Shown here piece after piece: positions 59,371 to 64,000 of a stretch of 64,000 nt of DNA. The stretch covers positions 1,761,817 through 1,825,816 of the forward strand of contig CAVNZM010000013.1 of NCBI GenBank assembly GCA_963693365.1, written 5' to 3'. The translations under genes and the position numbers were made by a program. The notes beneath the pieces are model-generated. The model ran no database searches, was not told the origin of the DNA, and saw nothing but the letters and a program-made list of their open reading frames with translations. Every line of letters starts with the position of its first letter. Position 1 is the first letter of the stretch. This stretch comes from Amoebidium appalachense. Lineage: Eukaryota > Protista > Ichthyosporea.

Positions 59371-59743
59371 AGGCTGACGAGACCATTGATGTGTGTGTGC
59401 GCAACTCTGGCGGTATCCGCACGAGCATCGGCGTGGTTTCCGCAGACGCAAGCAAGGTCGAATACAGGTCGGTTTCCTTTTAGATAGCTCCCTTTCCCCC
59501 TCATTTCCCACCTCCGTCTCTTTTCTTTCACCTCCCCCCCCCCCCCCAAACCCCCCCCCCCAACCCCTCGCCTGGTCGGTACCTAAAACAGGTGCCGCTG
59601 CTTCTTGGCGTACCTGAACCCTTACCTTGAATCCTCCCCCTATCCCCCTTGTCCTCTTCTCGGGCTATGGCATAAAGCAAGCCCTTCTTCCCCCCCCCCT
59701 GCCCCCCCCCCCCCTCCCCCCAAACCTTCCCTCCCTCCCCCTT

Positions 59744-59775
<32 letters not shown>

Positions 59776-60814
59776 CCCCCACAATCCACCCCTCAATCCG
59801 ATAACTTGCACGTCTGCAGAAATAAATGCACACTGTGACGTACAGACACCATATTCTATTTTTTTACCAGTTCATTGACACCCAATGGCTTCAGTATTAT
59901 CCCTTACCCACTAGCTCCACCCCCCTTCCCCTCCCCCCTTCCTTTCCTCCCCCCCCCTCCCCTCCAGCCCGCTTTCCCCTACCCTCTACCCGTTTTATGC
60001 GCTGCCTCCACATAAACACACCCAATCGGAAATTTTGATAGAAACTTTATTATTATTATCAGTTTCTAAGAATCACAAAACTGGTCTCAAATATCTATAC
60101 AGGCCATCTCCCGCCAACCCCGCCGCCAACAAGACCGAAGGCGACGTTTCCAAGCTGGACATCAACGCCGTCCTAAAGTTCAACGACAATCTCGCGGCGG
60201 TTTCCTTCACCGTAGCAAATTTCAAATCATTTATGGAGCATGGCCTGGGTGATCTCACCTGGGGTCCCACCGGCCCTCTCTCCTCCCCGGGCCCGTTCCC
60301 TTACATGTCCCGAAACCTGCGCGTTTCCTTCGACCCCAACGCCAAAAAAGGAGAAAAGATCCGCAGTATGGTCGTTCTTAAGGGTGACGGTTCCAACCTT
60401 AAGGAGGTTAAGGACACCCTCGTCACAAACGGCAAGATCGTCGGGAACGCCGATCGCACGATCCGCGTCGTAACAGGCAAATTCGTCGCGGACGGTGGCG
60501 ATGCGTACCCAACCATGTCTCTTGCTGTAAAGGAATCCCGCAAAGATTTTGCCGACAAAAAGGAACAAGAGGCCATGATGTCGTATTTGAAGGAGTTCTA
60601 TCCTAATGCCCAAAAGGCGTTTTCCGAAGCGGATCTCCCCGTAGAAAAGGACATGCGCGCAGTGAATCTGTACGTGCGTAAGGGGGCGGATCCGTTGGCG
60701 GAAGTCGCGGCAATGGGTGGAGAGGGAAGCGCTGCACCGGCTGCCCCCGCCGCCAGCCGTGTGGCCATTGCGGCTGCTGCGGTGGTTTCGTGCGCTTTCG
60801 CACTCCTCTTTTAA
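54017..60814 (+). CDS. Secreted, probably GPI-anchored bifunctional metallophosphoesterase/5'-nucleotidase; exons 54017-54211, 54829-55229, 55879-56014, 56778-56890, 57484-57660, 58178-58517, 59373-59467, 60103-60814
   Basis: Signal peptide, then LQILHGSDFEG, LSGGDNWLQGPFY, ALGNHEFD, QFPYLSA, IGATT, VRTEETNLANIVCD, NSGGIR and FVADGGDAYP. The C-terminus has a small-residue spacer and a hydrophobic tail. All junctions are in phase. Confidence 0.93.
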
Positions 60815-61016
60815 AAATTAAAATTTTATTGATTGGCGGGTGTGTTGTGTTGGTTTGAAAGTTGGTTTTAAAAGCTCGATGTGGTTACTGCGTTTAAAAC
60901 GGCTGAATGATTGGCGGGTGTGTTGGTTTAAAAATGATGTTGAACTTTTTGAAGCTCTTTTTGTAGTGGCTATTGTTTTCAAAAAGGTTGACTCGCCAAT
61001 ATGGCGGGTATATTCG

Positions 61017-61085
61017 TTTTAACTTCATTGGTTTTTTTAACTTCATTGGTTTTAACTTCATTGGTTTTAACTTTAACGGTTTTAA
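61017..61085. repeat. Short tandem repeat TTTTAACTTCATTGG x3-4 in the 3' region of the nucleotidase
   Basis: Directly visible. Confidence 0.8.
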
Positions 61086-61394
61086 AGGTCTATATATAGT
61101 GGGTATTGTGTGGCTGCACGGAAAGGCTTTTTGATTTGGTTTGTGCAGTGTTCGTGGGGTGCGCTTGTAAGAACCTGCCTCAGCGGCATTTCTTTTTTTT
61201 TTTTTTTTGGAATTTTTCATTTAAATTTTGCCAGTCTGTTTTTTTTGCTTATTCAACCTTTGAAAATATCGTGTCTCAAGACATGAGCACAATAAATTTG
61301 ATCCGGCCAATTGTATTGGCGCAGGGAGACCCTTGTAACTCGAAAATTATTGACTCCTAAAATGAATAGCTGAGCTCTCCCTCCCCATCCCCCC

Positions 61395-61435
<41 letters not shown>

Positions 61436-61795
61436 ACCCACCCACCCCACCCCACCCCACCCCACCCCACTCCCGCCACAACCACCACCATCACCATCAC
61501 CACCACCACCACCACCACCACACATACACCCACACACCATCATCGACAGATGTGTTAATCTGTCGAGTGTACATATGCCAGTGTGTGTGAACGTGTGTTA
61601 TCACTGAGTGAATGGTGATGAGAGTCAAACACTGCATGGATATGAGACGAGATCTAGAAAACAATAGTAACTTGCGGCGTTCAAGAAAAGGGCTAGGTGA
61701 AGCTTTTCCTACATCTATCACAATGCTGCCCCCCCCCCCCCTCCCCCCCCCCCCCCAAAAAAAAAAAAGGGAAAAGAAAAAAACATGCACACACG

Positions 61796-61888
<93 letters not shown>

Positions 61889-62589
61889 GCGAAACCACCA
61901 CCAACCCACCTACAAACCCACCAACTGTTACACCCACCCACCCCGGAACACACTCTCTCTACGTGTGCTTCGGTGTTCAATGATTGCGGATAACTCCGCA
62001 TAAGTTTTCGTAGACTCCGTATGTTTTCACTGACTCAGAGGTGAGGGGGAGGAGATGGTGGGGGGTTGGGGTTTTTCTTTTCTTTTTTTTGGGGGGGGGG
62101 GAGGGGGAGGAGGGCTAGATGGGAGCGGGGGCGGGCGGGCAGGGAGGGGGGTAGGGGGAAGGAGGGGGTGAAGGGGGCGGGAAGGGGAGAGGGGGGGGGG
62201 GGGGGGGGGGGGGAGGGGGGGGGGGGGCCTCGGAGGGGGAGGGTTGCCGCTGATCACAGGGAAAAGTAAGGGGATGCTGGTGTACGTGTATGCTTGAGGA
62301 GGGTAATGGTGGAGGAGGTACCGCTGGTGAAGTATGTATGCATACCGGCAAGTGGGTGGGTGAGCATGAGTTGGCTTGGTGGGAACATCCGGGGATCGCG
62401 AATTGTACATGTGCATGCAAATGGAGAAGGGGCAGAGAGGCCGTGATGATGGCCATCACGACAGAGTGACCATGACACAAAGAAATGCAGAGAGAGGAGA
62501 GTTATGGTTTTGGCTGGCCAAGAATCCTTTTTGAGGAGGTTTTTCTTGTGTGTGTGTGTGTCTCTTGGGGGGGGAGGCGGGCGGGCGGG

Positions 62590-62633
<44 letters not shown>

Positions 62634-62714
62634 GTTGGGAGGCCCGGGCCCCGGCCGGGCCGGCCCCCGGGACTGCGCAGGATTGCGCAAACACAACTGA
62701 TGACGTTTCACTGG

Positions 62715-62756
62715 CCAATCATATCTCGCCATTGTACAAACCTGGGGGTATATAAA
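62715..62756 (+). promoter_or_regulatory. CCAAT (62715) and TATATAAA (62749) upstream of the small membrane-protein gene
   Basis: Same TATATAAAGC context as at 53850. Confidence 0.5.
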
Positions 62757-63112
62757 GCCCGAAGAGTGGCTCAGTGTGGCTCCAGATTTTTTTTTCGTTT
62801 CCAGAGAAGTTTTGAGCGCGAAACGAAACACGAGAGAAGATAATTTCTACAGTGAAGTAGAAAAAATAGTTATAGGGAGAGGGAAAGGAAAGACTGACAG
62901 CTTATACGTGTGTGTTATTCATGCAAATATAGCACGCGCTTCTAATCATCCCGCCTTTTCCATCCCCTTTCATTCTCGGTAATACCACCTTCCTCTTGGA
63001 CAGACACACCAACTCGGACACAGAGAAGCGGGCAACTCATTCTTTCTCACACATCCGCATCTCCCAGTTAGTTCCAGAAACTCGAAAATATAACCAAGCA
63101 CCTAACATAAAA

Positions 63113-63674
63113 ATGGTTAAGAAAGCATCCTCCGCCGCTGCCCCCGCCCCTGCCGCCCCCGCCCCCCGCCCCTGCCCCCGCACCGGCAGCCGCACCACAC
63201 AAGGCGACTCTCGAAATGGCGCCAGAACATGCAGGGATGGGTGCTGTGGAGCTTTTCGTTTACAGCTGGCCCGGCGCACTTGTAGGTTACGTCGTCTGCA
63301 CGATGGGTCTCGATCCAATCAAGGAGGTTTTGTTCTGGGTTTGCATTCTGATTGGCATGTCTGGGGAGCTCCTCTTTGTGCGAAAGGAGCCCAACATCCT
63401 CTCGACGTTGCTTTTCGCTGGCGTCATCGGTGGGTTTTACAGCGGTTTGATGCACCTGTATTTCTTTGAGGAGTACATGGAGAACAACAGGAGTTGGCTG
63501 GGTGACAATGCAGTGGAGCACATCGTCAAGCGGAATCTCATGGTTCAGTCCACGGTGATGGGGGCGGTGTTGGGTGGGATTATGGGCGTGATCGCTTTCC
63601 AGGTGAGAAATGTGATTGCCCCGAGGCGCAACATTGCGCCGCTGAAGCCGGCAAAGGCAAAGAAGACTGAGTGA
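63113..63674 (+). CDS. Small multi-pass (~4 TM) membrane protein with an Ala/Pro-rich N-terminus; one extra C at 63162-63167
   Basis: Removing one C joins aaaATGG (MVKKASSAAAPAPAAPAPAPAPAPAAAPHKATLE) to ORF 63216-63674, which has Gly-rich hydrophobic helices and a basic tail. The CDS has no intron. Confidence 0.75.
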
Positions 63675-64000
63675 GATAGAAAAGTAGTGGTGGGGGTTGG
63701 GCTAGAAAAGAGAAGCCCCGAGGGGGGGGGGGGGGGGGGGAGAGGGAGGGCGCAGGGAGGAGAGGGTTTGGGGGGGGGAGGGGGAGGGGGTGGGTTAGAG
63801 GGGGGAGGATGCGGTAGGGAGGTGTGAGTGAGAGAGGCAGAGTGGTGGAGTGCAAAGGTTACGTGGAGAAAGAGCATGCAATAGAAGTGGTTGTTGTATG
63901 CTCAAGTGTGTCATTTGGATCACTTTTTTGGGATTTCGCGGGGCATTGAGAAAGAGATGCTGTTAGATTAAGTTTGCAGTAAGTTGAGGTGTAAGTAGAG

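Overview
Intron-rich eukaryotic genomic DNA full of poly-C/G tracts and (CA)n/(GA)n/(GCAC)n microsatellites, so most entries in the ORF track are spurious. I infer a unicellular opisthokont, possibly a holozoan. Manual splicing gives, in order: a 5'-truncated LINE (-); a 5-exon histone stem-loop binding protein SLBP (+); a solo-LTR-like element; a disordered-protein gene (-); a Pho80/Pcl-type cyclin (-); a hAT MITE; a MYND-finger protein (+); a frameshifted LRR gene (-); a >=16-exon JARID2-like gene (UIM, JmjN, ARID, catalytically dead JmjC) (-); a 9-exon secreted, probably GPI-anchored 5'-nucleotidase of bacterial type (+); and an intronless small membrane protein (+). The main highlights are the JARID2-like PRC2-cofactor candidate, diverged 'ghost' copies of exon ends inside introns, an intronic repeat that keeps the same orientation relative to the host gene, acceptors lacking polypyrimidine tracts, and two adjacent HGT candidates. 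All homology calls come from motif recall, not database searches.
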